A stretch of DNA of 64,000 nucleotides from an uncultured Actinomycetes bacterium. GTDB taxonomy: Bacteria; Actinomycetota; Actinomycetes; Streptosporangiales; Streptosporangiaceae. The number at the start of each line of letters is the position of its first letter. The stretch's first letter is position 1. The notes beneath the pieces were generated by a model. That model was not told the DNA's origin. It did no database searches and worked only from the letters and a program-made list of their open reading frames with translations. This document shows positions 23,135 to 35,097 of the stretch, one piece after another. The position numbers and the translations under genes were made by a program. The stretch spans positions 5,829-69,828 of the forward strand of contig CAVUKT010000050.1 in assembly GCA_963742055.1 (NCBI GenBank), read 5' to 3'.

Positions 23135-23980
23135 CGCCGGGACAGGATCGTCCGGGCAGGAGCTGGGCCAGCAGCGCGCCCATCCGGGCCGCGGCGGCCT
23201 GCCCGGCGGCGACCACGTCGGCGTGGTCCAGTCCCGCCGGCGGCCAGGCCGGCCGCCAGGTTGGTGACCAGCGAGATCGCCAGCACCTCGGCGCCGAGGT
23301 GGCGGGCGGCGATCGCTTCCAGGGCCGTGGACATGCCGACCAGGTCGGCGCCGAGGGTGCCGAGCATCCGGATCTCGGCCGGGGTCTCGTAGTGCGGGCC
23401 GGGCAGCGCCGCGTAGACGCCCTCGGCCAGGCTGGGGTCGGCGTCGCGGGCCAGCGCCCGCAGCCGCGCCGAGTACAGGTCGGTGAGGTCGGTGAACCGG
23501 GACGGGTATCCCTCCGGCGGCGCGCCGGCCCGGCCAGCGGCGACCGGCCGGTCAGGTTGAGGTGGTCCCGGATCAGCACCGGCTGGCCCGACCTGGAAGT
23601 CCGGCCGCGATCCCGCCCGACGCGTTGGTGAGCACGACGACCCGGCAGCCCGCCGCCACCGCGGTGCGCACGCCGTGCACCACGGTCGCGGCCGGGTGAC
23701 CCTCGTACAGGTGGATCCGGCCCAGGAACACCAGCACCCGCAGCCCGGCGTCACCATGGACAGGGCCACGGCCGGGCGTGACCGGGCACGGTCGGCGGCG
23801 GGAAACCGCCGAGGTCGGCGACCGGGACCTCGGGACGGCGGCATCCAGGCCGCTGGCCAGCGCATCGGCGGCCTGGGCCCAGCCGGAACCCAGGACCACG
23901 GCCACGTCATGCCGGGCCTGACCGGTGAGTTCGGCCAGCCGCGCCGCGCTGGCCGCCGCGGCCGCGAACGGGTCTGGCAT
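23131..23980 (-). pseudogene. punA: Purine nucleoside phosphorylase (trimeric PunA type), at least 3 frame changes
   Basis: [72 protein letters not shown]. Confidence 0.85.
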
Positions 23981-24016
23981 CGCTGCCTCGGCTCGCCTCG
24001 GGAGCTCCTGCGCCGG

Positions 24017-25290
24017 TCATGCCTTCACGTACGGCTGGCCGTCCGCCGGGGCGCGCGGACCTTGCCGACCAGGCCGGCCACCGCGATGATCGTCACGACG
24101 TAGGGCGCCATCAGCAGGATGTTCGAGGGGATCGGCACGTTGATGGTGGCCAGCACGCTCTGCAGCTCCGCGGTGAACCCGAACAGCAGCGCGGCGCGCG
24201 GCGCCCCCAGCGGCGTCCACCGGCCGAAGATCATGGCGGCCAGCGCGATGTAGCCCATGCCGGACGACATGTTCGGGCTGAACGAGCCCACCGAGCCGAT
24301 GGTCAGGAACGCGCCGCCGATGCCGGCCAGCACCCCGCCCAGGATCACGTTGCGGTACCTGGTGGCCAGCACCCGGATGCCGACGGTGTCGGCCGCCGCC
24401 GGGTGCTCGCCGACCGCGCGCACCCGCAGCCCCCACCGGGTGCTGAACAGGCCCGACCTGGACCACGATGATCGCGGCGTAGGTGATGTACAGGAAGACC
24501 GTCGAGTCGAAGAACACCGGCCCGATGATCGGGATGTCGCCGAGCAGCGGGATCTTCACCGCGCTGAACGTGGCCGGCGAGTTCAGCGGGTTCTGGTAGG
24601 GCGCCAGCACCCGGTCGTAGAGGAACCCGGTGAGCCCGGACGCGAACACGTTCAGCACCACGCCGAGGACGACCTGGTCGACCAGGTAGCGGATCGCGAA
24701 CACCGCCAGCATCGCGCCGAGCAGGCCCCGGCCAGCGAGCCGCCGACCAGGCCGAGCCAGAGGTTGCCGAAGGCGCTGGCCACGACGGCCGCGGCGAACG
24801 CGCCGAACAGCAGCTGGCCCTCGATCGCGATGTTGATCACGCCGGACCGCTCGCACATGCAGCCGGCCAGCGCGCCGAGGATCAGCGGGATCGAGGCCGC
24901 CATCGTGCCCTGCAGCAGGTTGACGACGTTCAGCGGCGATGCGGCTGGCCCACGTCCGCCCAGCACAGCAGGGCGACCACGAAGACAGAACAGGCACCGG
25001 CCGATGCTGACCCGCCGCCCGGCCCGGTGCATCGGCAGCGCGGCGCGCGGCAGCCCGACGGCGATCGAGACCGCGCCGAGACGTAGCAACCGCGGGCGCG
25101 GGCAGCGTCGAGGTCGGGCACGCCTACCTTCGCGAACTCCTGCGAGAACGCGAAGGTCGCGTCGCCGTGCTGGCGTACAGCCCGAAACCGAGGATGTCGA
25201 CGAGGCCGAACACGACGAACGTGGCGGAGGCGACCATCCGGCGGTCGACCGTCACCGTGGAGCGGACCGGTCGGTGGTGAGCGCGGTCAT
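24017..25290 (-). pseudogene. Nucleoside (BMP-family) ABC transporter permease, second subunit, several frame changes
   Basis: LLQGTMAASIPLILGALAGCMCERSGVINIAIEGQLL, AVGEHPAAADTVGIRV, GMGYIALAAMIFGRW, PSNILLMAPYVVTIIAVAGLVGK. ATG 25288-25290 overlaps the upstream stop. Confidence 0.8.
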
Positions 25291-26716
25291 CCGTTCCACC
25301 CCTTCGCGAGAGACTGCTCAGGCCGGCCGCCCGGGCCTGGCGCAGCCGGAACATGGCCCGGATCAGCGGCGGCGCCGCGACGAACAGCACGACGACCGAC
25401 TGGATGACCGTGGTGATGTCGACCGGGGTCTGAGGTGGCCGCCTGCATCAGGATGCCGCCCGCGTGCAGGGCGCCGAACAGCAGCGCGGCCAGCACCACG
25501 CCGAGCGGCCGGGCCCGGCCGAGCAGGGCGACGGTGATCGCGTCGATGCCGTAGGTGCCGTAGCTCTGGAAGGTCAGGGTGAAGTCGGTGCCCTGGATGA
25601 CCGCCGACGCGGCCAGCCCGGCCAGGCCGCCGGCGACCAGCATGGCCAGGATCCAGGTCCGCGCCACGCTCATCCCGGCGGTGCGGGCCGCGCTCGGGTT
25701 GGCGCCCGACGCGTCCGGAACTCGAACCCGGTGGTGCTGCGGTTCAGCAGCCACGCACACGCCGGCGGCGGCGGCCAGGGCGAGCAGGAAGCCGGCGTTG
25801 ACCCGCAGGTGCGGCCCGGCAGCTGCGGCAGGTGGGCGTCGCTGGCGATGAGCGGGCTGATCAGGTCGGTGCTGGCGCGGCCGCTGCAGCGCCGATGGTG
25901 CCCAGGATCCAGGCCAGGAAGTAGGCCATCACGTAGTTGAGCATGATCGTGACGATGACCTCGTGCGCCCCGGTGCGGGCCTTGAGCACCCCGACGATCC
26001 AGCCGATGACCGCGCCGCCGGCGAAGCGCGCCGAGCACGCAGACGATCACGTGGATGACCGGCGGCAGGCTGACCGCCGAAGCCGAGGTAGGTGGCGACG
26101 ATGGCGCCGCCGATCCACTGGCTCTGCCGCGCCGATGTTGAACAGGCCGGCCCGGAAGGCGAGCGCGACCGAGAGCCCGGCGAGGATCAGCGGGGTGGCG
26201 TTGACCGCGGTCTCCGACAGCGGGTTGAAGACGGCGCTGACGGCGCCGTCGTGAAGCGCGAGCAGGGACGCCTGTGGAAGACGGCCGCGACGTGTGCGGG
26301 TTGAAGATCGAGCCCTCGAACATGGCCGAGTAGGCGCCGGAGGCGGAGTCCCACGCCTGCGGCGATCGCGTTGCCCGGGGCGGCGAAGAAAGCTGCCCCA
26401 CGCGTGCAGCACCGCCGGGTCGGTGAACGCGATCAGCAGCCCGCCGAGACCAGGGCCGCGGCGATGGCCAGCGCGTGACGACCGCGGAGTTGCCCTCGAG
26501 GATCGGCGTCGAGCACGGCATGGCCGAACCTGGCCGCCGGCCAGGCGGGGCCGGGGCTCGGCCTGGTCGGCGGCCGGCTCCGCGGCCGCCGGGCCGGGCG
26601 GCCGGTCCTGGCTCGCCAGTCGGGCTCGACCTCCGGCGTCCGCCGGGCCGCCGTCCTGCTCGGCCCGGCGGGCGCTGCATCGTCGGGCGCCGGACAGGGG
26701 GGCTGCCGGCGGGCAC
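25287..26716 (-). pseudogene. Nucleoside (BMP-family) ABC transporter permease, first subunit (start 26716 or 26521), several frame changes
   Basis: [94 protein letters not shown]. Confidence 0.75.
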
Positions 26717-26777
26717 TGGACGGCTGTCGGCCCGTGGCTATCCGGCGTCGCCGATGCCGCAGCAGGCCGGAGGTCGA

Positions 26778-28359
26778 TCAGGCCGGTCTCGGCGCCGGCC
26801 ACGCCCAGGCCGGTTCGCCGTGGCGCGGCGCGGTCCTGCGTCGGCGTCCGGTCGCGCCGGCCATCAGCAGGCCGAGTTCCTCGACCGGCACCGTCGGGCG
26901 GCCGGAAGCCGGTGATCCTGCCCTCGTACATGACCGCGATCCGGTCGGCCAGCGCGTAGATCTCGTCCAGCTCGGACGAGATGATGAGCACCGCGACACC
27001 CTGGTCGCGCTCCTCGACGATGCGCCGGTGCACGAACTCGATGGAGCCCACGTCCAGGCCGCGGGTGGGCTGGCTGGCCACCAGCAGCCGGAGGTCGCCG
27101 GCCGATCTCGCGGGCCAGGATGACCTTCTGCTGGTTGCCGCCGGACAGCGTGCCGACCGGCGGTCGTCGATCGAGGTGGTCCGGACGTCGAACTCGTCGA
27201 CCCGGCTCGGTCGCGGTGCTTGCGATCGCGTCCAGGTTCAGCGCGATCCCCGACGGCGTACGGCGGCCGGTCGTAGACGTCCAGGACGAGGTTGTCGGCC
27301 ACCGAGAACCCGGCGACCAGCCCGTCCTCCTGCCGGTCCTCGGGGATGTAGCCGACGCCCGCGCGCAGCCGGTCGCCGGGGCGTGGCGCGGTGATGTCGC
27401 GGCCCGTCCAGCCGCACCGTCCCGGCGATGGCGGGCCGCAGGCCGAGCAGCGCCTCGCACAGCTCGGTCTGCCCGTTGCCCTGCACGCCGGCGATGCCGA
27501 GGATCTCGCCCGCCCGGACCTCGAAGGACACGCCGTCCACGGCGGGCCTGCCCGTGCTCGCCCGGCCAGGCGTGAGGCCGCTGCACCTCGAGCACGACGT
27601 CGCCGGGCTGGGCGGGCGCCTTGGTGACCTGGAGCTCGCACCGACCGGCCGACCATGAGCGCGGCCAGCTCCGCGTCGCTGGCGGTCGGCGGCCGCTCGC
27701 CGACCACCTGGCCCCGGCGGATGACCGTGATGGTGTCGGCGATCGCCTGGACCTCCTTGAGCTTGTGCGAGATGAAGACGATGGACCGGCCGCCCGCCCG
27801 CAGCTCCCGCATGATCCGGAACAGTTCCTCGGTCTCGCCCGGGGTCAGCACCGACGGTGGGCTCGTCCAGGATGAGCACGCTGGCCTCGCGCACCAGCGC
27901 CTTGATGATCTCCACTCGCTGCTGCACGCCGACCGGGAGGTCCTCGACTAGCGCGTCCGGGTCGACCTGCAGCCCGTACCGCTCGGACAGCTCGCGCACC
28001 TCGCGGCGGGTCCGCCGCCGGTCCAGCAGGCCGAACGCGCCGGGTGCGCTCCACGCCCAGCATGACGTTCTCGGCCACGGTGAACACCGGGACCAGCATG
28101 AAGTGCTGGTGCACCATGCCGATGCCGGCGCTGATCGCGTCCTTGGGCGAGCCGAGATCGCACCGGCTGGCCGTCGACCAGGATCTCGCCCTCGTCGGGC
28201 TGGGTCAGCCCGTACAGGACGTTCATCAGCGTGGTCTTGCCGGCGCCGTTCTCGCCGAGCAGGCGCGTGGATCTGGCCCGGCTCCACGGTCAGGTCGATG
28301 TGGTCGTTGGCCACGAGGCTGCCGTAGCGCTTCGTGATGCCCCGCAGCTCAAGCTTCAC
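26778..28359 (-). pseudogene. ABC transporter ATP-binding protein with two fused ABC cassettes, many frame changes
   Basis: GTG 28359: [25 protein letters not shown]. Walker [15 protein letters not shown] (shifted frame), [19 protein letters not shown]. Second cassette [15 protein letters not shown] and [26 protein letters not shown]. Confidence 0.85.
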
Positions 28360-28506
28360 ACGCCGCGTCCTTCTACCGGCTAGCGCTCCCAGCGGCCCGC
28401 GACGACCGGTGCTCACTGTGCGCGACCCAGGTCAGCGCGCGTGACCGCACGCCAGCGTGACCCGGGCTGGACCCGCCGCGGCGCGCGGCCAGCCCAGACT
28501 GGCCGG

Positions 28507-29631
28507 TTACACCGGGCTCTTGGTGGCCGGCTTGATCTTGCCGCTGATGATCTCCGGCTTGATCTTGGCCAGCTCGGACTGCAGCGCGGCCGGGACCTTG
28601 CTGGCGAAGTCGTGGTACGGGGCCAGCGTCACGCCGCCGTTGGCCAGGTGCCGATGTAGTTGCCGCCCTTGAACGTGCCGTTGGCCGCGCTCGAGCACCG
28701 CGGTCTTCACCGCCGGTCTGGATGCCCTTCGTCACGCTGGTGATGAAGTACTTGCAGTACTGCGCGGCGCTGACGCAGCCGTCGGTGTCCACCCACATCA
28801 TGTTGACCTTGTGCTGCCCGCTGCGTTGTCCGCGTCCTGGACCGCCTTGGCCGCGCCCAGGCCGACGTTGCCCGCGACCGGGAAGATGATGTCGGCGCCT
28901 TCGCTGATGAACGTCTGGGTGACGGTCTGGCCCTTGGTCTGGTTGGTGAAGTTGCCGGTGAACTGCCCGTTCTGGGTCTTCTCGTTCCAGCCGAGCACCT
29001 TCACGTGGTGTGGTGCTGGGCGTTGTAGTACTGCACGCCGTCCCAGAAGCCGTCCATGTAGATGGTGACCGTGGGCAGCTTCTCGCCGCCGAACGTCGCC
29101 ACCTTGCCCGGTCTTGGTCATGCCCGCGGCCAGGTAGCCGCCGAGGAAGCCGTCCTGCACGGTGTTGAAGACCAGGCGCGTCGACGTTCTTGATCGGCCG
29201 GGCGTGTAGGTGTAGTCGACGATCGCGAACTTCTGGCTCGGGTTGGCCTTGGCCGCGCGTCTGCGTGGCGCCCGCCATCAGGAACCCGACGGTGACGATG
29301 ATCCCGCACTTCTGCGCCGATGAACGCGTTGATGTTCGGCGCGTAGTCGCTGCCGACGAGGTGGACTGCAGGTACTTGACGCTGATCTTGCTCGGGTCGG
29401 CCGCCTGCGCCTCCTGCATGCCCTGCCAGGACGACGCGTTGAAGGAGCGGTCGTCGATGCCGCCGGTGTCGGTGACCATGCACCCCTTGAAAGATGCCGT
29501 GGACGCACTGCCGCTGGACGAGCTGCTCGGCGAGCGAGCTAGACGAGCCGCCGGACGTGCTGCTGCCGCACGCGGCGGCGAGCAGCGCCAGCGCGCTGAG
29601 GGCCGCTGATGGCCGGGATCGTACGTCTCAC
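28507..29631 (-). pseudogene. BMP-family (basic membrane protein) nucleoside-binding lipoprotein, many frame changes
   Basis: GGAGG RBS and GTG 29631. After frame correction the lipobox is ALSALALLAAACGSS. CMVTDTGGIDDRSFNASSWQGMQEA, DIIFPVAGNVGLGAAKAVQDA, MMWVDTDGCVSAAQYCKYFITSVTKG. Stop at 28507-28509. Confidence 0.8.
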
Positions 29632-29958
29632 GAAAACCTCCTGATCCGGGGCGGTTGACACCGCCTGCGTCTTCCGGCGGCTAAGCCGCCTCTCCGGGGT
29701 GGCTCGGCCACCCGCGGGCTGCCGGTGGCCCCCCACCCGCCCGGTGAACCGGGACCTCGAAGATCCAAACGCCCCGCTCTGGGATGTCCGCAGGTTAGAC
29801 CTGGTAGGGCTGCCAGGGAAGCGCTGACGGCGGCCGCCGCCGTCCCGTTGCCAAATCGAAATCCGCCCGTCTCCCGAGTCGCGACTGGCGACTGAGCGGC
29901 CTCGCACCGGCACCAGCGCCGCCGATGGGCGAGCAGCCGGGCCGGGTAAATTGGCGGG

Positions 29959-30282
29959 ATGGATGAGAACCGGGCCCGACGGGTGGCCGACGCGCTGCGC
30001 GAGCGGGGCATCAACGCCCACCTGGAGAACGCCGGGATCGATATCTACGGGGTGCGGGTCGTGCTGCCCGACCGCCGTGAGGCGATCTGGGGCAACGAAG
30101 GCACCGCATCCCTGGAGGCTGAGGTTCTCCTGGACGGGGACCTGGTCGGCTTCGTGCCGGAGATCCCCGGCTCGGAGGCTTTCGACGAGGCCCAGGTCGT
30201 GGACGCCATCGCGCGGGCCGACTACGACCAGCCGGTAGGGCCGGGAACGCCCCGAGGCCCCGCCCGCCGGAGAAGCCCCTGA
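29959..30282 (+). CDS. Small hypothetical protein (107 aa as sequenced; may extend to about 30342 after a frame change)
   Basis: ORF MDENRARRVADALRERGINAHLENAGIDIYGVRVVLPDRREAIWGNEGTASLEAEVLLDGDLVGF with high third-position GC. No family recognised. Confidence 0.45.
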   Translation: MDENRARRVADALRERGINAHLENAGIDIYGVRVVLPDRREAIWGNEGTASLEAEVLLDGDLVGFVPEIPGSEAFDEAQVVDAIARADYDQPVGPGTPRGPARRRSP

Positions 30283-30535
30283 TGCCGGAGGGCGGGCTGT
30301 TCCGCCGCTTCCTAGGCGGCTTCCGGTACGACTCCGAGTCATGAGCCGTCCGGGCCCGGGCCGAACGCCCCGGGCCGGACCCTCGCCGCCATGCTCCCCG
30401 CTAGGCTGGCGGTTACAGGCGGTCTAGCGAACTTACCCGCGATAGCCGCGCGGGATCGTGACCAGGGCCTTGGCCGTATTGGCGGCGGTCGAGGCAGCCA
30501 GCGCACGTTGGTCACGGACGCGAAGCGGGTGTGGC

Positions 30536-31410
30536 CTACCGCAGCCGCCGAAGGGCGTCGGTCACGCCGATAATGCGCAGCGGCGGGTACGACTCCTGGG
30601 GATGTCAGCTGTACAGGAGTCCACCGGGCGCCGCTGCGTACCGTTCGTGCACGACTTGCCCGTACGCCGCCGGATCAGCCGGACCGTTACGGGCTTCCCG
30701 GTGATCTTCGAAGTCTGCACGCCGTACTGATCCACGCGTGCCCGTCACCCTGGCGCCACCCGCAAGCCAGGGTCGCCTTGACGAAGGCCGGCCAGTCGTA
30801 CTGAGCCGGCGCCGGGCAGTCTGTCTTCATCGCCGGCCTTGACGCCGCAGGCGCTGGACGGTGGGCTGTACAGTCCTGGAGAGGCTGTACGGCTGATCGA
30901 AGTAGGTCACGTAGGCCTCGGTGAGCCTCCCCTTGATGAGGGCCGTACCCTGGGCCAGGTAACGCTCGGATCTCCCGCGTGCGTGCAGTTCCCGCTGGGG
31001 TAGGCGGCGTGACCGCAGGCCTCCCGGTGAACTCCTCGAACCGGCTCCGCCGGCCGTAGCCCCAGGTCACGCTGGGCTGACCGCCAGTGCTCATCGGTGA
31101 CCCCGCGGAAGACCTCCGTGCTGGCTGGCCAGCGCGTTCTTGACCCGGGTGACGATGTACGCGGTCTTCGCGGGCCTGGGCCAGGCCGCTGCCCGTCCGC
31201 GTGGGGGTGCCACCCGCCGCGGCAGTGGCGATGATCAGGGCCGCGCGCGGTGGCCGTCGACGGCCCCGCCGAGCCACCAGGGCGCGCCGCGCCGTCCGTG
31301 CGCCGCCGGCAGCCCGGCCCGCGCCGGCTGGCTAGTCCCTGCGGAGCCCGTACCTCCGCGGTAAAGCGCTCCATGCCGTCCCGGAGCAGTTCTTCCACCT
31401 CGACGTTCAT
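30536..31410 (-). pseudogene. ECF-sigma-associated single-pass membrane protein (putative anti-sigma / extracytoplasmic partner), many frame changes; 3-prime end inferred
   Basis: ATGA-coupled to the sigma gene. MNVEVEELLRDGMERFTAEV, TM-like AALIIATAAAGG. Extracytoplasmic pieces in alternating frames: TAYIVTRVKNALAS, GGQPSVTWGYGRRSRFEEFTG, RYLAQGTALIKGRLTEAYVTYFDQPYSL, DWPAFVKATLACG, YGVQTSKITGKPVTV. Confidence 0.45.
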
Positions 31411-31958
31411 CTGCCTGGTCCCCTCAGACCTGTCTGGGTAAGTCCGGTGTGGCTGGGCCCGGTCCCGGCCAGCTGTCGGCGAGTCTCCCGGAGCCGCCGC
31501 AGCCCACGGGACGTTGCCGATTTGACGGTGCCTTCCGGCCAGCCGAGCGCCGCCGCCGTCTCCGCCTCGGTCCGCTGCTCCCAGTACCGGAGCACCAGGA
31601 CAGCGCGCTGCCGCGGCGGAAGCTGGAGCAGCATGCGCACCAGCGCGTCGCGCAGGTCCACCCCGGCCGTGGCGTCGGCGGGCGGCTCCGACGCCGCCCG
31701 CAGCAGCTGCAGCTTGCGCTGCAGCCGGCCCTGGCGCCGGAAGCCGTCCGCGGCCAGGTTGTAGAGCGTGCGGCGCAGGTACGCCTCGGGGTCACCGTCG
31801 AGCGTGCGCCAGTGCCGCAGCAACGGCTCCAGCGCGGTCTGCAGCAGGTCTTGCCCCGCCTCACGGCTCCCGGTGAGCAGCACCGCCGTGCGCATCAGCT
31901 GGTCGGCGCGCTCGGTGAGGAAGCGCTCCAGTTCCCCGACGGCCTGGTCATCTGCCAT
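31407..31958 (-). CDS. ECF (group 4) RNA polymerase sigma-70 factor
   Basis: Region 2 DLLQTALEPLLRHW..PEAYLRRTLYNLAADGFRR. Region 4 LPPRQRAVLVLRYWEQRTEAETAAALGWPEGTVKSATSRGLRRL. Confidence 0.85.
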   Translation of the reverse strand: MADDQAVGELERFLTERADQLMRTAVLLTGSREAGQDLLQTALEPLLRHWRTLDGDPEAYLRRTLYNLAADGFRRQGRLQRKLQLLRAASEPPADATAGVDLRDALVRMLLQLPPRQRAVLVLRYWEQRTEAETAAALGWPEGTVKSATSRGLRRLRETRRQLAGTGPSHTGLTQTGLRGPGR

Positions 31959-32042
31959 TGGCTATCCACCGTCCGCCCACCAAGCACGAAGGAGCCTGGC
32001 GCCCACGTTCCGCTGCCGTGGACGAATCTAGCCGCCTGCTAG

Positions 32043-32080
32043 CTTCATGGGCAGACACGATCTTCATGGGCGGGCACGAT
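32043..32080 (+). repeat. Tandem 19-bp direct repeat immediately upstream of cdd (candidate regulator site)
   Basis: cttcatgggcagacacgat (32043-32061) followed by cttcatgggcgggcacgat (32062-32080), 17/19 identical. Ends 16 nt before GTG 32097. Confidence 0.6.
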
Positions 32081-32096
32081 CCCGGCACGGAGGCTG

Positions 32097-32510
32097 GTGC
32101 ATGATCGACTGGGCCCGATCGATTGGGCGGGGTTGCGGGCCGCGGCCACGGAGGTGGCCGGGCGGGCCTACGCGCCGTATTCGCGGTTGCGGGTCGGCGC
32201 GGCGGGCCAGGCCGACGACGGGCGGATCGTCACCGGCTGCAACGTCGAGAACGCCTCGTTCGGGCTGACCCTGTGCGCCGAGTGCGGGCTGGTCAGCGCG
32301 CTGCACGCGACGGGCGGCGGCAGGCTGGCCGCGGTCAGCGTGGTCGCCGGGGACGGCGAGCCGCTGGTGCCGTGCGGCCGGTGCCGCCAGCTGCTGCTGG
32401 AGGCGGGCGGCCCGGGCCTGCTGCTGGACACCGAGAGCGGCCCCCGGGAGCTGGGTGAGCTGCTGCCGGGCGCGTTCACCGGCACCGACCTGAGCGCCCG
32501 CCGTGACTGA
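32097..32510 (+). CDS. cdd: Cytidine deaminase
   Basis: AYAPYSRLRVGAAG. Zinc/catalytic motifs NASFGLTLCAECG and PCGRCRQLL. Intact 137-aa ORF. Confidence 0.9.
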   Translation: MHDRLGPIDWAGLRAAATEVAGRAYAPYSRLRVGAAGQADDGRIVTGCNVENASFGLTLCAECGLVSALHATGGGRLAAVSVVAGDGEPLVPCGRCRQLLLEAGGPGLLLDTESGPRELGELLPGAFTGTDLSARRD

Positions 32511-33866
32511 GCCGCCGCACGCGAGGCCGCTGCAGGCCGGACCGCCGCGGGTCGAGACCGCCGCACGCGAGGCCGCCGCGTCCGACCACCACGCGGTTGA
32601 CCTGATCCGGGCCAAGCGGGACGGGCAGCGGCTGACCGACGCCCAGATCCGCTGGCTCTTCGACCGCTACCTGGCCAGCGGCGCCGGCGCCGTCCCCGAC
32701 GAGCAGATGTCCGCCCTGCTCATGGCCATCTACTTCCAGGGCCTGGATACCGCCGAGCTGCGCACCTGGACCGCGGCCATGATCGATTCGGGGGAGCGGC
32801 TGGACCTGTCCGGGGTGGGCCGCCCCACCGTGGACAAGCACTCCACCGGCGGCGTCGGCGACAAGGTGTCGCTGATCCTCGCGCCGCTGGTGGCCAGCTG
32901 CGGGGCCGCGGTCCCGCAGCTGTCCGGGCGCGGTCTCGGCCACACCGGGGGCACCCTCGACAAGCTGGAGGCCATCCGCGGGTGGCGGTCCTCGTTGCGG
33001 AACGACGAGATGCGCGCGGTGCTGCAGACGGCCGGCTGCGTGATCTGCGCGGCCGGGCCCGGGCTGGCCCCGGCCGACCGCCGCCTCTACGCGCTGCGCG
33101 ACGTGACCGGGACCGTGGAGTCGATCCCGCTGATCGCCAGCTCGATCATGTCCAAGAAGATCGCCGAGGGCACCGGGGCGCTGGTGCTCGACGTGAAGGT
33201 GGGCAGCGGCGCGTTCATGCGCGAGGAGGCCGCAGGCCCGGCTGCTGGCCCAGACCATGGTCACCCTGGGCGCGGAGCACGGGGTGGCCACCTCGGCGTT
33301 GCTGACCAGGATGGACACGCCGCTGGGGCGGGCCGTGGGCAACGCCGTGGAGGTCGAGGAGGCGGTGGCCACGCTGCGCGGCGAGGGGCCCGCCGGACCT
33401 GGTCGAGGTGACCCTGGCGCTGGCCCGGGAGATGCTCCGGCTGGCCGGGATCGACGCGGACCCGGCGGCGGCGCTGGCCGACGGCCGCGCGCTGGCCGCC
33501 TGGCGGGCGATGGTCCGCGCCCAGGGCGGCGACCCGGACGCGCCGCTGCCCGCGGCCCGGCACACCAGGCCGGTGCTGCCCGCGCCCCGCGATGGCTGGC
33601 TGCAGCGGCTCGACGCCCGGGCGGTCGGGGTGGCCGCCTGGCGGCTCGGCGCCGGGCGCGCGGTCAAGGAGGATCCGGTCAGCCCGGCGGCCGGCGTGCG
33701 CTGCCTGGCCAAGCCGGGCGAGCGGGTCGAGCGGGGCCAGCCGCTGCTGGAACTGCTGACCGACGAGGAGTCCCGGTTCGACCCGGCCGCCGCCGCGCTG
33801 GCCGGCGCGGTCACGGTCGGCGAACGGCCACCGGACGTCCTGCCGCTGATCATCGATCATCTGTGA
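32503..33866 (+). pseudogene. deoA: Thymidine (pyrimidine-nucleoside) phosphorylase, frame changes near 33235 and 33400
   Basis: DLIRAKRDG, DKHSTGGVGDKVSL, SGRGLGHTGGTLDKLE, SIMSKKIAEG. Continues in ORFs 33257- and 33408-33866 (VEVEEAV, VGVAAWRLGAGR). Overlaps the cdd stop. Confidence 0.9.
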
Positions 33867-33876
33867 GAATGGGGAG

Positions 33877-34980
33877 ATGGCTCCCACATTCGAGGAGATC
33901 AGGGCCGTTCCCAAGGTGCTGCTGCACGACCACCTGGACGGCGGTCTGCGGGCGGCCACGGTGGTGGACCTGGCCCGTGAGATCGGTTATGACCGGCTGC
34001 CGTCGCAGGACGTGGCGAGGTCGAGCAGTGGCTGCGCCGCGGCGCGCACCGCGGCCACCTGAAGTACTACCTGGATGCGTTCCAGCACACGGTCGCGGTG
34101 ATGCAGACCCGCGAGGCCCTGATCCGGGTCGCGGCCGAGTGCGCGGAGGATCTCGCCGCCGACGGGGTGGTCTACGCGGAGGTGCGGTTCGCCCCCGAGC
34201 TCCACGTGGCCGGGGGACTCACCCTGGAGCAGGTGGTCAGCGCGGTCCTGGAAGGCTTCCGCCGCGGCAGCGCCGGGCGGGGCATCACCGTGTACGCGCT
34301 GCTCACCGCGATGCGCACCGCGGCGCGCTCGCTGGAGATCGCCGAGCTCGCGGTGCGGCACCGGGACGAGGGCGTGGTCGGCTTCGACATCGCCGGCGCC
34401 GAGGCGGGCAGCCCGCCGACCCGGCACCTGGACGCGTTCCAGTACGTGGCCCGGGAGAACTTCCACATCACGATCCACGCCGGGGAGGGCTTCGGGCTGC
34501 CGTCCATCTGGGAGGCGCTGCAGTGGTGCGGGGCCGAGCGGCTCGGCCACGGGGTGCGGATCGTGGACGACATCCGGATCGGCGCGGACGGTCACGCCAC
34601 GCTGGGCCGGCTGGCCAGCTACGTCCGGGACCGCCGGATCCCGCTGGAGATGTGCCCCGTCCTCGAACGTGCAGACCGGCGCGGCCCCGTCCATCGAGGC
34701 GCACCCGATCGGGCTGCTGCGCCAGCTGTCCTTCCGGGTCACGGTGAACACCGACAACCGGCTGATGAGCGGGGTCAGCGTGTCCTCGGAGTTCGAGCGG
34801 CTGGTCGAGGCGTTCGGCTACGGCTGGTCGGACATCGAGTGGCTCACGATCAACGCGATGAAGAGCGCGTTCGGGCATTTCGACGAGCGGTTGCGGATCA
34901 TCGACACGGTGATCAAGCCGGGATTTGCCACCGCCCGCGCCGCGAGTAATGCTGTGGTCCGGATACCGGGACGCCCGTGA
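33877..34980 (+). pseudogene. add: Adenosine deaminase, frame changes near 34020 and 34660
   Basis: [57 protein letters not shown]. Confidence 0.9.
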
Positions 34981-35097
34981 GCCGGCCGACCAGCAGGAGC
35001 GTGGGGATGCAGCGGGACACGGCGGTGGCCGGCCAGGCCGGGGTGGCGGGCCGCGGCGCCGGGCGGCACGGACCTGCTCGGCCTCAACCCGGCTGAC

